In this document: positions 9,136-19,197 of the stretch, piece after piece
Layout of the letters: each line of letters opens with the position of its first letter
Numbering within the stretch: position 1 is the stretch's first letter
Source of the DNA: an uncultured Phycisphaerales bacterium
Lineage (GTDB): Bacteria; Planctomycetota; Phycisphaerae; Phycisphaerales; SM1A02
Length of the DNA stretch: 64,000 nt
Assembly (NCBI GenBank): GCA_938084645.1
Contig: CALKEP010000009.1
Location: forward strand, 1 to 64,000
Direction: 5' to 3'
Notes under the pieces: generated by a model
Seen by the model: the letters and a program-made list of their open reading frames with translations, nothing else
Database searches by the model: none
What the model was told of the DNA's origin: nothing
Made by a program: the position numbers and the translations under genes

Positions 9136-11351
9136 CAGACGCTCCCCCTCATCCAGACCCAGATGATCCAGGCGAGCACGAGGGCCACGCCGCCGGCCAT
9201 CGAGGTCGCGTAGCCCTGCAGCTTGCCGTTGTAGAGCGGCTGGAAGAGCGAGGCGGCGATCTTCGGAATGCGGGCGGTCCCGTTCACGCCGATGCCGTCG
9301 ACGAAGATGCGGTCGAACATGTAGAGGGCCTGACTCGCGATCCAGAGCGGGAAGCGGATCGTCGCGATGTAGATCTCGTCGACGTACCACTTGTTTTCCA
9401 TGGCCTTCGGAAGCCAGGCGATCCAGCCTCGCTGCATCAGCCACGCACGAAGGTCATCGGCGGCCCGGCGGTTCGCACAGTGCAGCCACCAGGCGATCGC
9501 CAGTCCGATCAGCCCGACCGTGCCACTCACGAAGTACATCGCGGTGTGCGGGTCGGCACCGAACAGGGTGGGGTTCGATCCGGCGGGCATCAACTGCAGG
9601 CCGGTACCGGCGCTCGACTGCATGATCGCGTTCTTCACCCAGCCCTGGGTGCCCCAGACGTCGGCGGAGATGAAGTAGCCCGCGGCGAGCCAGATCGCGC
9701 CGGCGGCGAGGATCAGCAGGACCAGGTTGATCCGCGGGCCGGGGGCGTGCGGATGGAAGTCGTGGTCGTCGCCGTGGTCGTCGTGATCGCCGTGGCCGTG
9801 GGCTTCGTCGGGCTTGTAGTGGGTCGGGCCGGTGAAGACCCGGAACCACACTCGGAAGGTGTAGTACGCGGTCAGGCCGGCGGTGACGATGCCGATCCAG
9901 CCGAGGATCCGGAATCCGGCGCCGTCGGCGATGAAGGCCTGGGCGAGGATCTCGTCCTTCGAGAAGTAACCGGCGGTGCCGGGGACGCCGGCGAGCCACA
10001 GGCTGCCGATCAGCATCGTCCAGCAGACGACCTTCCAGCCGTTCACGCGTCGAAGGCCGCCGAGCTTGCGAAGGTCGAGCTGGCCGCCGAAGCCGTGCAT
10101 CACCGCACCGCAGCAGAGGAACAGCAGGGCCTTGAAGAACGCGTGGGTCAGCACGTGGTAGCAGGCACCGAAACTGGTCAGCAGGCCGAGACCCATGAAC
10201 ATGTAGCCCAGCTGCGAGACCGTCGAATACGCCATGACCCGTTTGATGTCGTACTGGGCCATGCCGATCGTCGCGGCGAGCAGGGCGGTCAGTCCGCCGA
10301 TCCAGGCGACCGCTTCGAGGGCGTGGCCGCCGTCGGCCTTGTTCATCAGGAAGAACGGCATCATGCGGGCGATCAGGTAGATGCCCGCGGTGACCATCGT
10401 CGCGGCATGGATCAGGGCGGAGACCGGGGTCGGGCCTTCCATGGCGTCCGGAAGCCAGACGTAGAGCGGCAACTGGGCGGACTTGCCGAAGGCGCCGAGC
10501 ATCAGGCACCAGGGGATGAGCGTCGCGGCCCATCCGCCGTACTGGCCGGCCCCGGTGTCGCCCGCTTCGAGGGCGACGAACAGGGTGGCGTAGTCGAGGC
10601 TGCCGTACTCGAGCCAGATCAGGTAGACGCCGAGGGCGAGGCCCAGGTCGCCGATCCGGTTCATGATGAAGGCCTTCTTGGCCGCCGCCACCGCTTCGGG
10701 CTTCTTGTAGTAGTAGCCGATGAGCAGGTAGCTGGCGAGACCGACGCCCTCCCAGCCGAGGTAGAGCAGGACGAGGTTCTCGCCGAGCACCAGTGCGGTC
10801 ATCGCGAACAGGAAGATGCTGACGCCCGCGAAGAACCGGCAGTAGCCGGTGCCCTTGTCCTCCTCCATGTACTCGCTCGCGTAGAACGCGATCATCGTGC
10901 CGAGGAAGGTGACGAAGAGGATCCAGTACGCGGAGAGTCCGTCGAGGTACAGCGCGAAGTTCGCGCGCAGGCCGTGCCAACGATCGCCCGCCTCGCCCGA
11001 GCCGCTCGACCAGGAGAGGTCGATCCAGTCGAAGAGGTGGACCACCACCGGCCGCGTGAAGTCGAGCCGCGAGACGGTGATCGCGGCGATGACGAACGAG
11101 CCCGCGAGCGCGCCGACCGTCGTCCAGGCGGGAAGGCGGCTCTTGATACCGAGGGCGGCGTAGACGCCGCAGAGGATCGCGCTGATGACCGGGAGCCAGA
11201 TCATCCACGCCGCGAGGGCGAAGGACTGCTCGTCGACCACCTGGGGGATGGTGTGCTGAAATCCGAAGGGTTCGCCCGCGGGGTACCCGTGGCCGTCGCC
11301 GCCGGCCGCGGCGAGGGTCGCGAACGCGGTGTGTGCGACGGCACTCAGCAT
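9135..11351 (-). CDS. nuoL: NADH-quinone oxidoreductase subunit L
   Basis: GWEGVGLASYLLIGY, NRIGD, GKSAQLPLYVWLPDAMEGPTPVSALIHAATMVTAG, THAFFKALLF. Start taken as ATG 11351 (MLSAVAH), overlapping the end of nuoK. Confidence 0.95.
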   Translation of the reverse strand: MLSAVAHTAFATLAAAGGDGHGYPAGEPFGFQHTIPQVVDEQSFALAAWMIWLPVISAILCGVYAALGIKSRLPAWTTVGALAGSFVIAAITVSRLDFTRPVVVHLFDWIDLSWSSGSGEAGDRWHGLRANFALYLDGLSAYWILFVTFLGTMIAFYASEYMEEDKGTGYCRFFAGVSIFLFAMTALVLGENLVLLYLGWEGVGLASYLLIGYYYKKPEAVAAAKKAFIMNRIGDLGLALGVYLIWLEYGSLDYATLFVALEAGDTGAGQYGGWAATLIPWCLMLGAFGKSAQLPLYVWLPDAMEGPTPVSALIHAATMVTAGIYLIARMMPFFLMNKADGGHALEAVAWIGGLTALLAATIGMAQYDIKRVMAYSTVSQLGYMFMGLGLLTSFGACYHVLTHAFFKALLFLCCGAVMHGFGGQLDLRKLGGLRRVNGWKVVCWTMLIGSLWLAGVPGTAGYFSKDEILAQAFIADGAGFRILGWIGIVTAGLTAYYTFRVWFRVFTGPTHYKPDEAHGHGDHDDHGDDHDFHPHAPGPRINLVLLILAAGAIWLAAGYFISADVWGTQGWVKNAIMQSSAGTGLQLMPAGSNPTLFGADPHTAMYFVSGTVGLIGLAIAWWLHCANRRAADDLRAWLMQRGWIAWLPKAMENKWYVDEIYIATIRFPLWIASQALYMFDRIFVDGIGVNGTARIPKIAASLFQPLYNGKLQGYATSMAGGVALVLAWIIWVWMRGSV

Positions 11352-11713
11352 TCCTTGAGCTCCGACCAGGCTTCGGCGTCGAGCGTCGGCTTGCGACGGT
11401 AGAGAAGGACCACGAGTCCGAGCGCCAGGGCGGCCTCGGCCGCGGCGACGGTCAGGATGAAGATCACGAAGACCTGGCCCTCGGGGTTCAGATGCATCCG
11501 ACCGAAGGCGATCATCGCGATCGCGGAGGCCTGGAACATCAACTCGGTGCAGAGGAACATGAGGATCATGTTCCGACGAGTCAGGAATCCGACCATGCCG
11601 ACCGCGAACATGACCGCGCTGGTCAGCAGGACGATCTGGACCGTTCCCGTCGCGACCGGAAGCATGGTCGTCCCCGCGGCGGACTGGGCGAGGGTGAGGA
11701 CGGCGTCGTTCAA
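11345..11713 (-). CDS. nuoK: NADH-quinone oxidoreductase subunit K
   Basis: RRNMILMFLCTELM, GQVFVIFILTVAAAEAALAL; TTG start overlaps the nuoJ stop and has GGGAGG upstream. Confidence 0.92.
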   Translation of the reverse strand: MNDAVLTLAQSAAGTTMLPVATGTVQIVLLTSAVMFAVGMVGFLTRRNMILMFLCTELMFQASAIAMIAFGRMHLNPEGQVFVIFILTVAAAEAALALGLVVLLYRRKPTLDAEAWSELKEC

Positions 11714-12699
11714 GACCCACCTCCCGCGAATTCGGAGTCTTCATCCTCGAGCAGCGGCTGAAGCCCCGCGGCGACGCGGACTTCGTCCTCGCTCAGATCG
11801 ATCTGGCGTCGGGCCAGCACGACGGCCCCGAACATCGCCATCAGGAGGATGACCCCGGCGATTTCGAGGCTGACCGGGAAGACCGCGACGAGGGCCCAGC
11901 CCACGAGCTGGGTGTTCGTCGGCAGGGCGGTGATCGGGAGTTCGACGGTCCGGGTGTCCTCGCCGACCAGCACGTCGACCTTGGCGACGCCGTCCGCCAT
12001 GCGGATCGCGTGTCCGTCGTCGCCGCGGGTGACGGTGAATTCCGCGGTCTCGACGCCGTCGCTCGCGAGCACCGCCGCGACGGTGTCGTCCAACTGCACG
12101 GGGAGGCCGTCGAGCACCATCCAGCGTTCGGCTTCGACCTCCGCCAGCGGGGGCGTCATCCCGGGGGCGTCGGGTCGGACCCCGCCATCGACCAGCAGGA
12201 ATGCGTCACTGAGGCCCGCGAGGAGCACGAACCCGACCACCAGGGCGGCGATCGGTTCACGGGGGAGTCGGTCGTAGAGGGCTTCGCCCGCGGTGGAGGT
12301 GGCGTCCTGAGCCAGCATCAGCACGAAGAGGTACGTGATCAGGATCGCACCGGCGTAGACGATGATCAGCGAGAACGCCATGAATTCCGCGTCGAGCAGC
12401 AGGAACATGCCTGCGGAACTGACCACCACCAGAACGAAGTAGATCGCGGCGAAGACGGGCCGGGGATGGGTCACCATTCGAACCGCACCGGTGATCGCGG
12501 CGAGGCCGAAGACGACTTCGAGAATCGGGGTGGGCGCGTCCGCGGTGAGTCCCTGGAGGACCTTCACCATGATGAAGGCCACCGCACCGGCACCGGCGAT
12601 CGCGCCGACGATCCGGGTCGTCTGCCGATGCGGCCGCATGATGAGGTGGAGGCCGATCGCCCCGATCACGCACGCGATGTAGAGGATGGATGGCGTCAT
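11710..12699 (-). CDS. nuoJ: NADH-quinone oxidoreductase subunit J, long form with soluble insertion
   Basis: LDAEFMAFSLIIVYAGAILITYLFVLML and EIAGVILLMAMFGAVVLA; position before nuoK; start taken as ATG 12699 (MTPSILY). Confidence 0.88.
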   Translation of the reverse strand: MTPSILYIACVIGAIGLHLIMRPHRQTTRIVGAIAGAGAVAFIMVKVLQGLTADAPTPILEVVFGLAAITGAVRMVTHPRPVFAAIYFVLVVVSSAGMFLLLDAEFMAFSLIIVYAGAILITYLFVLMLAQDATSTAGEALYDRLPREPIAALVVGFVLLAGLSDAFLLVDGGVRPDAPGMTPPLAEVEAERWMVLDGLPVQLDDTVAAVLASDGVETAEFTVTRGDDGHAIRMADGVAKVDVLVGEDTRTVELPITALPTNTQLVGWALVAVFPVSLEIAGVILLMAMFGAVVLARRQIDLSEDEVRVAAGLQPLLEDEDSEFAGGGS

Positions 12700-12944
12700 G
12701 CCTGTCGGGATCCGTCGGGTGCGTGCAGGGGGGCGGTCGAGTCCTTCGACCGGTCCGAGGTGGTCGGGTGGAGCCCGGCCGACGAAGGCCGGGGTGATCT
12801 CCCCGGGGGTCACGAGAAGGTCCGAAGAATACGGGCCGGGGTCCCGGGTCGCAACCGAACCAAGGTCTGGAAACGGGGTTTTCCATGTCCGGCGAGGGGG
12901 TCCGCGGGTGGGCGGACGGCCGCGGACCTCGGTACCGTGCAGGC

Positions 12945-13712
12945 ATGTCGGACTCGCTGCGTCGCCGGATTCCGAACCTGCTCACCGTGGCCCGGGTGAT
13001 CCTCGCCGGTTGCTTCTTCGCGATCGTCGCCATCGCACTCTGGCCCGACCGGTCGACCGGCTACGTCCTCGAGACCCGCCAGGTCTGGGGGAACGTGGCC
13101 GTACTGGTCTTCGTGGTGGCGGCGATCACCGATTTCGTCGACGGCCTGCTCGCCCGGCGGTGGGGCGTGGTGAGCGTGTTCGGCCGGGTCATGGACCCCT
13201 TCGGCGACAAGTTGCTGGTGATCGGGGCGTTCATCTTCCTGGCCTCGCCCGCGTTCCTGCTCGTCGATCCGAAGTACGACGGGGTCTACCTCTTTCTCCC
13301 CTACGACGAATCGGGGCGGATTCAGATGACCACCGGCGTCCGGCCGTGGATGGTGGCGATCATTCTCGCCCGTGAACTGCTGGTCACCAGCATCCGAGGC
13401 GTGTTCGAAGGGCTCGGCATCGACTTTTCCGCCGGTTCCTCCGGCAAGTGGAAGATGGTCCTGCAGTCGGTCACGGCGCCGTTCGCCCTCTTCGTCGCGG
13501 TGAACCCCTTCGCCCTGGACTCGGCGCTGTGGGTGGGCACCCGCGACATTTTGGTCTGGTCGACGATCCTGGTGACCGTCTGGTCGGCCTGGCCGTATCT
13601 GGTGCGGGCCCGTCTGGTGCTCGGGGGCGACGATGCGGGGGCCTCCTCCGAGTCGAACCAGCCCGAATCCCGACCTGACTCCGACCCCGCCGACAAGGAA
13701 GCGGATTCATGA
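12945..13712 (+). CDS. pgsA: CDP-diacylglycerol--glycerol-3-phosphate 3-phosphatidyltransferase
   Basis: IPNLLTVAR; CDP-alcohol phosphotransferase motif TDFVDGLLARRWGVVSVFGRVMDPFGDK; RELLVTSIR; GKWKM; followed by pgpA. Confidence 0.9.
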   Translation: MSDSLRRRIPNLLTVARVILAGCFFAIVAIALWPDRSTGYVLETRQVWGNVAVLVFVVAAITDFVDGLLARRWGVVSVFGRVMDPFGDKLLVIGAFIFLASPAFLLVDPKYDGVYLFLPYDESGRIQMTTGVRPWMVAIILARELLVTSIRGVFEGLGIDFSAGSSGKWKMVLQSVTAPFALFVAVNPFALDSALWVGTRDILVWSTILVTVWSAWPYLVRARLVLGGDDAGASSESNQPESRPDSDPADKEADS

Positions 13713-14287
13713 GCGATGTTCCACCACGCCCGTCACCCGCCGCGGTGATTCGCTCGATGGGCTTCGTGCCCGCGATGGCGGTGACGTCGTGCGGCCTCGG
13801 TTTCCTCCGGCCTGCGAGTGGGACGTGGGGATCGCTGCCGCCCGCGGTGGTGGCCGCGGCGCTCGCCGCCGCGAGCGTGCCGGGCTGGCAGATCGACGTG
13901 GCGATGCTGTTGCTGCTGGCGATCGGGTGCGTCGCCTGCTTGCGATTCGGCGAAGCGGCGGAGCGTGCGACCGGAAAGAAGGACCCGGGGCAGGTGGTCG
14001 CCGACGAGGTCGCCGGTCAGGCCGTGACCCTGCTCGCGCTTCCGTGGGCGGTGACCGAGGGATGGGCGGGCACGCCCGCCCTCGGGCCGGACGTGTCACC
14101 ACTCGTGTTCAACCTCGGGCTCGCGTGCTCGGGCTTCCTGCTCTTCCGCGTCTTCGACATCCTCAAGCCGCCACCCGCGAACGGTCTGCAGCGACTCGGT
14201 GGCGGCGCGGGGATCCTGGTCGACGACCTCATCGCCGGGGCGATGGCGGGCGTGCTGCTTCAGATCGCGGTACGCGTCATCTTCTAG
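13709..14287 (+). CDS. pgpA: Phosphatidylglycerophosphatase A
   Basis: GLGFLRPASGTWGS, KDPGQVVADEVAGQ, FLLFRVFDILKP, GILVDDLIAG; ATGA overlap with pgsA. Confidence 0.93.
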   Translation: MSDVPPRPSPAAVIRSMGFVPAMAVTSCGLGFLRPASGTWGSLPPAVVAAALAAASVPGWQIDVAMLLLLAIGCVACLRFGEAAERATGKKDPGQVVADEVAGQAVTLLALPWAVTEGWAGTPALGPDVSPLVFNLGLACSGFLLFRVFDILKPPPANGLQRLGGGAGILVDDLIAGAMAGVLLQIAVRVIF

Positions 14288-14300
14288 AACGGGCCGGTCG

Positions 14301-15542
14301 TCAGTCCGCCGCCGTGGGCACCGTCGCGAGTCGATCCAGCAGCGGATCGAGGCGTGCGGCCCACACCTCGCGGCCGGGGTGGCCGACCTGCGCCGCTCGA
14401 ACCCGCCCGTCGGGCGTCACGATCACCAGCGTGGGAAGTCCGCTGAGTCGCCAGGCGGCGGCGCAGCGTTCCGCGTCGATCGCGAGATCGCGCTCCGGAC
14501 CCGGGCCGTTCGATTCGTCCTTGACGACCTCGACGCGATAGCCGCGGATCCTCGTGTCGGCGTCGATCACCGAGGCGAAGTCGCGGGCGGCGCGATCGTT
14601 CAGGGCGTCGTCGCTCGTGAAGAGGATCGCCACCGGAACGACCATGTCGGTGAACGGGTCGACCGCGTCACCGTCGGCGTTCCGCATGGTGAGTCGTGGT
14701 GCGGTTCGTCCCACCAGGTCGTGGATCGGCGCCCGCGGCACGTCATCGCCCGCGGCGGCGCGAAGTGAATCGGTTCGTTCCCAGCTCGGCGGTGGGGTCA
14801 TCGAGAACCGGTTTCCGAGGTCGGCTCGATCGACGACGACGTTTCGCTTCCAGTCGGTGAACACCAGTGCGACGGTGTGGGTCGCGTCGACCGGCATGGA
14901 CACGCCATGGAGGATGGGAGCGCCGTCCCGGGGGATGGTGATTTCGATGGTCGGGGCGTCGGGGGTCGTGGCGGTCCGGCATCGGACCGCGAGGGCCGGA
15001 CGGCCGGCGACGGTGCACGGGGTGATCGCTTCGGTGACCACGAGATCGTCGAGGATCCCGGTGCTCAGCGCGGCCAGGACGAATGCAGGGCCGAGACCGA
15101 GCCGCGGGGCAAGATCGCCGTCGGCGAGGACGTCGCCGGGCGCGGCGGGCGCCGGGCGCATCTCGTACCGACGAATCAGGGGATCACCCACGACGAGGCC
15201 GGTGCCGTCACAGACGAGGTCGCTACCGCCGCCGGGACCGCTCCACGAATGAATGCTGAAGCGGAAGGGGTTCGTCTCGGTCGGACGCGAGAAGGCGAAG
15301 CTCGAACGTCGCGGCGGCGCGGTCAGTGATCCGTCGCCGGCGTGCACGCTCGCAGACACCATGACGTCGAGGTCCTGCGCTGCGCCGAGGTCGGCCCGGA
15401 GCGCGTCGAGGCGCGAGGTCGCGATCGCCTGCAGCGACGGGTCGTCCTTCGCGGCGGCGGGCGTGGTGACGAGGCACGCCGACAATGCGAGAAGAACGCC
15501 GCGGATTCGGGGCGCGATGAGGCTGTGGGCGTGGTCGTTCAT
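14301..15542 (-). CDS. Exported protein: LolA-like/DUF2092-like N-domain plus redoxin-fold C-domain lacking CxxC
   Basis: Signal peptide; beta-rich region (LVCDGTGLVVGDP..RRY); C-terminal LVGRTAPRLTM..DG and WRLSGLPTLVIVTPDGRV typical of redoxins. Start uncertain. Confidence 0.55.
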   Translation of the reverse strand: MNDHAHSLIAPRIRGVLLALSACLVTTPAAAKDDPSLQAIATSRLDALRADLGAAQDLDVMVSASVHAGDGSLTAPPRRSSFAFSRPTETNPFRFSIHSWSGPGGGSDLVCDGTGLVVGDPLIRRYEMRPAPAAPGDVLADGDLAPRLGLGPAFVLAALSTGILDDLVVTEAITPCTVAGRPALAVRCRTATTPDAPTIEITIPRDGAPILHGVSMPVDATHTVALVFTDWKRNVVVDRADLGNRFSMTPPPSWERTDSLRAAAGDDVPRAPIHDLVGRTAPRLTMRNADGDAVDPFTDMVVPVAILFTSDDALNDRAARDFASVIDADTRIRGYRVEVVKDESNGPGPERDLAIDAERCAAAWRLSGLPTLVIVTPDGRVRAAQVGHPGREVWAARLDPLLDRLATVPTAAD

Positions 15543-15979
15543 GGGATCGATCCGGTGCTTGGTGATCGGAGCGCGCGGACAACGCTCCCAGGAGGGTGAT
15601 CTGTACTTGCTGGCATCGGAAGCCGGGGGCGACGACTTGACCGGAATCCGAGAACCGGAGGGATTTGCGTCAAGGAAAAACCAAGGCAAGGCGCCACGCA
15701 AACGGAACGCGAACAAAGCGTCCATATCTTCCCCGCCGTGGGACTCGGAACGGTCGCTTCGCAGGCCGGATCGAACACCACGTGTTCTTCATGAACCGCG
15801 AACCCCATCCTCGCGGCTCAGGTCCATCCTCTTCTTGAAACCCTTGGCGGAAACGTCTCACGCCAAGCGACACACCGTTCACCGACCCTGGGAGAAGTCA
15901 AGAGATGAACATCGAACTCGGTCGGTCACCTGCATGTGGGAAGCCCCCACGGCATCAACCGTTAGGAAAGGATCGATTC

Positions 15980-17695
15980 ATGAATCATCGCTTCATCGCG
16001 ACCATGGCCACGGCCTCGGTCTCCATCGCGGGGGCCGCGAACGCGGCCAACGTCAACGTCTCGGCCGACATCACCACCTCGGTGACCTGGACCGCCGACA
16101 ACGTCTACAACCTCGTCGACCAGATCTACGTCCAGCCCGGTGCGACCCTCACCATCGAACCCGGCACGGTCATCGCCTCGACCCCGACGGCCAACGGTTC
16201 GGGTTCGCTCGCCGTGACCCGTGGCGGCAAGATCTTCGCGAACGGCACCCAGGAGGCGCCGATCATCTTCACCTCCACCAACGACACCGCCACCTGGGTC
16301 GATGGTGATCCGAAGACCGGCACCTGGCGCGAAGCGGCCAACGAATGGGGCAACCTGACCGTCATGGGTCGCGCCTACATCTCGAACTCCTTCGTCGATG
16401 GGAACTCCGCGACCTTCGGCAACAACGAGTCCCCGATGGAGGGGCTGATCCCCGACTTCGCGGGTGATCCCAACACCACCTACGGCGGCACCGACGACGA
16501 CTACAGCGCCGGCGCCCTCGCCTACGTCTCGATCCGCTATGGCGGTCGAGTGGTCGGGCTCGCGAACGAGCTCAACGGTCTCTCGCTGGGCGGCATCGGT
16601 CGTGGCACCGACATCGACCACATCGAGATCATGAACAACGTCGACGACGGCATCGAGATCTGGGGCGGCACCGTGAACCTGCGGTACGTCAACATCTGGA
16701 ACATCGGCGACGACTCCTTCGACATCGACCAGGGCTGGCGTGGTTCGGCCCAGAACGGCCTGATCGTCCAGGGCTACAGCCTCGACGCCGGCCAGGGTTC
16801 GGGCGTCGGTGACAACATGTGCGAGACCGACGGCGCCGAGAACTCGGACGCCCAGCCGGTGACCACCGCCCAGATCGCCAACTTCACGCTCGTCGGCCAG
16901 CCGATCGACGGCGACGGTGCGACGGTCTGGCGTGACGGCGCCCGGGTCCAGTACAACCAGTGCATCATCATGGACTGTGGCGAGAAGGTCATCCGTCCCG
17001 ATGGTGACGACGGTGACGGGGCCGCCGGATACGGCTTCAACGGGACGCTCACCCTGGCCCAGGTCTTCACGACCCCCTACACCAGCGTCTCCACCGTGAA
17101 CGCGGGTGGCATCAAGGGCGCCGGCGGCGCCGGAGCGCTCTACACCGCGCAGACCTCCGGGTTCCTCGCCCAGATCGCCGACACCGTGCTGTACAACAAC
17201 AGCAACTACGCCGACTTCGACGCCTTCGGACAGAACGCGGCCTCGAAGGAGAACGTGATCGAGCCCGGCACCATGCCGATCACCTCGATCGTCCGCGACA
17301 CGCCGGTCATCCGGGGCGGCAAGGTGATGCAGCGCGTCTCGAGCATCAACCCGCTTCCGCAGGGCGCCGCGACCACCGCGGTCGGCATGATCGGTGCCAA
17401 CGGATTCGTCGAGGAGACCTCGTACCGCGGCGGCTTCGCCCCGGACGAGAACTGGCTCTGCGGTTGGACCGCCGCGGAAGCGTTCGGCATGGTCGACGTC
17501 CCGGTCGAATTCTGCGTCGAGCAGGGCGAATGTCCGACCGACCTCGACGGCGATGGCGTCACCAGCGGCGCCGACGTCGGCGTCTTCCTCTCGAAGTGGG
17601 GAACCGACGATCCGACCGCTGACTTCGATGGTGATGGAATCGTCGGGGGCGGCGACTTCGGATTCCTCCTCGCCGCCTTCGGCCCCTGCGTCTGA
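15980..17695 (+). CDS. Secreted beta-helix-like protein with C-terminal dockerin-like repeats, first gene of the TonB locus
   Basis: Signal peptide ending [68 protein letters not shown]; tail [26 protein letters not shown]-type RBS before ATG 15980. Confidence 0.7.
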   Translation: MNHRFIATMATASVSIAGAANAANVNVSADITTSVTWTADNVYNLVDQIYVQPGATLTIEPGTVIASTPTANGSGSLAVTRGGKIFANGTQEAPIIFTSTNDTATWVDGDPKTGTWREAANEWGNLTVMGRAYISNSFVDGNSATFGNNESPMEGLIPDFAGDPNTTYGGTDDDYSAGALAYVSIRYGGRVVGLANELNGLSLGGIGRGTDIDHIEIMNNVDDGIEIWGGTVNLRYVNIWNIGDDSFDIDQGWRGSAQNGLIVQGYSLDAGQGSGVGDNMCETDGAENSDAQPVTTAQIANFTLVGQPIDGDGATVWRDGARVQYNQCIIMDCGEKVIRPDGDDGDGAAGYGFNGTLTLAQVFTTPYTSVSTVNAGGIKGAGGAGALYTAQTSGFLAQIADTVLYNNSNYADFDAFGQNAASKENVIEPGTMPITSIVRDTPVIRGGKVMQRVSSINPLPQGAATTAVGMIGANGFVEETSYRGGFAPDENWLCGWTAAEAFGMVDVPVEFCVEQGECPTDLDGDGVTSGADVGVFLSKWGTDDPTADFDGDGIVGGGDFGFLLAAFGPCV

Positions 17696-17766
17696 TCGCC
17701 GCAAGGCTCCAGGGTCGGAACCTCGGTTCGTCCCGGTCCCACGGAGCCAGAGATCGCTTCGGTTCT

Positions 17767-17799
17767 CTCCGGTGGCGAGGCAACGCCTCGCCACCGGGG
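17767..17799 (+). terminator. Strong intergenic hairpin without U-tract (attenuator or mRNA-stabilising stem)
   Basis: CCGGTGGCGAGGC-AAC-GCCTCGCCACCGG, a perfect 13-bp stem at 17769-17797. Confidence 0.5.
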
Positions 17800-17856
17800 G
17801 CCGGAGCGGGCACCGCTCGCCAGTTTCCAGCACAGAAACCAGAAGACGAACCACTC

Positions 17857-19197
17857 ATGACGCCTCTCCACGCGGTGTCCCGCCCTCCCTCCATCCTCTT
17901 CGTCCTCGTCGGCATGCTTGCGAGTGGATTCCCCCTCGCCTGCGAGGAAGCGTCCGCCCCGCCCGCGGCGGCGTCGGGCGCGACGTCCCAGCCCGGAGGC
18001 GGTTCGGAGCGAGACCTCGACGACCGCCGGGGATCGACGGACCTCGTCACGGTCGAGCTCTCGCCGGAACGCGTTCGAACGGGCGAACTGCTCGAGCGGG
18101 CCTTCGATGCCGCGGTCCGGATCCCGATCGATCCCCACCTCAAGGATCGATCACGCCTCCAGGGCGAACTGATCGAGGGCTTCGTGACGCTCGGCTTCGC
18201 CGACGAAGCGCGGGCCCGAGTGCCGGAAATCGAGAACTGGCGACGGTCGGAGGCCTACGCGAGGCTGGCCGTGGAGGCGGCGGACGATCCCGCGGGTGCG
18301 GAGAAGGCGCGGGCACTGATCGGGCTCGCCGAGCGGAATCGGCCCGGCGGACTGAAGGCGTGGCGAAACAACCGCATCGACCTGCAGATCGCGCGAGCAC
18401 TCGTCCGGCTCGGCGACGATCAGACCGCCGCGGCCCTCGACGCGGGTTTCGAGCCCGCTGATCAGGGAAGAGTCAGTGCGACCCGCGTTGAAAGCATGAC
18501 CCGGGCGGAGGTCGAGCCGTTGCTGGCCCGGATGGACGAAGCGATTGCGGCGAAGTCGATGGATCTCACGAAGAACGTGCTCGAGATCGAGGCGGCCGTC
18601 TATCGCCGCTTCTTCGAGGACGAGGCGCTGCGACGACGCCTCGAGGACCGGGTGCTCGAGGCGGGCGAGATCTCGATGCTGCCACATCAACTTCGACTGG
18701 AAGCGCTGTTCGTCCTGTCCGACGAGTGTCTTCGCCGCGGGGACCAGCGCGGGGCGCGTCGCGTCATCGATCGAGCGAGGGCGGCGTTCGATGACGTCCA
18801 GGCCAACCGGGTCCCCTGGTCGCCGGAGTACGCGACGCCGTTGCTCGGCGAATTCGCACGACGTCATGCCGAAGCGGGGGATCTCGCCACGGCGGGCGCG
18901 GAGATCGCCGAGGCGTGGTCCGTCTACGAGGACGGGATCCTCACGATCGCGGACGTGTTCCGTGCGGGTGCGTTGCGTCCGGTCGCGGAAGCGGTGCACG
19001 CGACCGGTGATCGGGAGGCCGCGCTCGCCGCCTATCGACGAGTGCTGGACGCGGGCGCGACCAATCCGAACGGAAGGCCCCGGGCGGAGGATCTCGCCCG
19101 AACTCTCCATTCGATGGCGCGGGTGGGATTCCAGCCCGACGACGTGCTCGAACGAAGGATCGTCGAGATCGAATCCGGGCTGGGGGCGCCGTGGTGA
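17857..19197 (+). CDS. Putative lipoprotein, all-helical/TPR-like
   Basis: Hydrophobic N-terminus ending PLAC (lipobox-like), low-complexity linker, then Ala/Glu/Arg-rich helical repeats; overlaps the receptor start. Confidence 0.6.
   Translation: MTPLHAVSRPPSILFVLVGMLASGFPLACEEASAPPAAASGATSQPGGGSERDLDDRRGSTDLVTVELSPERVRTGELLERAFDAAVRIPIDPHLKDRSRLQGELIEGFVTLGFADEARARVPEIENWRRSEAYARLAVEAADDPAGAEKARALIGLAERNRPGGLKAWRNNRIDLQIARALVRLGDDQTAAALDAGFEPADQGRVSATRVESMTRAEVEPLLARMDEAIAAKSMDLTKNVLEIEAAVYRRFFEDEALRRRLEDRVLEAGEISMLPHQLRLEALFVLSDECLRRGDQRGARRVIDRARAAFDDVQANRVPWSPEYATPLLGEFARRHAEAGDLATAGAEIAEAWSVYEDGILTIADVFRAGALRPVAEAVHATGDREAALAAYRRVLDAGATNPNGRPRAEDLARTLHSMARVGFQPDDVLERRIVEIESGLGAPW

Noticed and set aside
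9135..11744. ORF-track starts for nuoL (11744), nuoM (9444), lysA (29958), tilS (44506) and photolyase (52740)
   Set aside because: These extensions overlap neighbouring genes or add non-homologous sequence; downstream starts fit family N-termini, gene overlaps or promoter spacing better.
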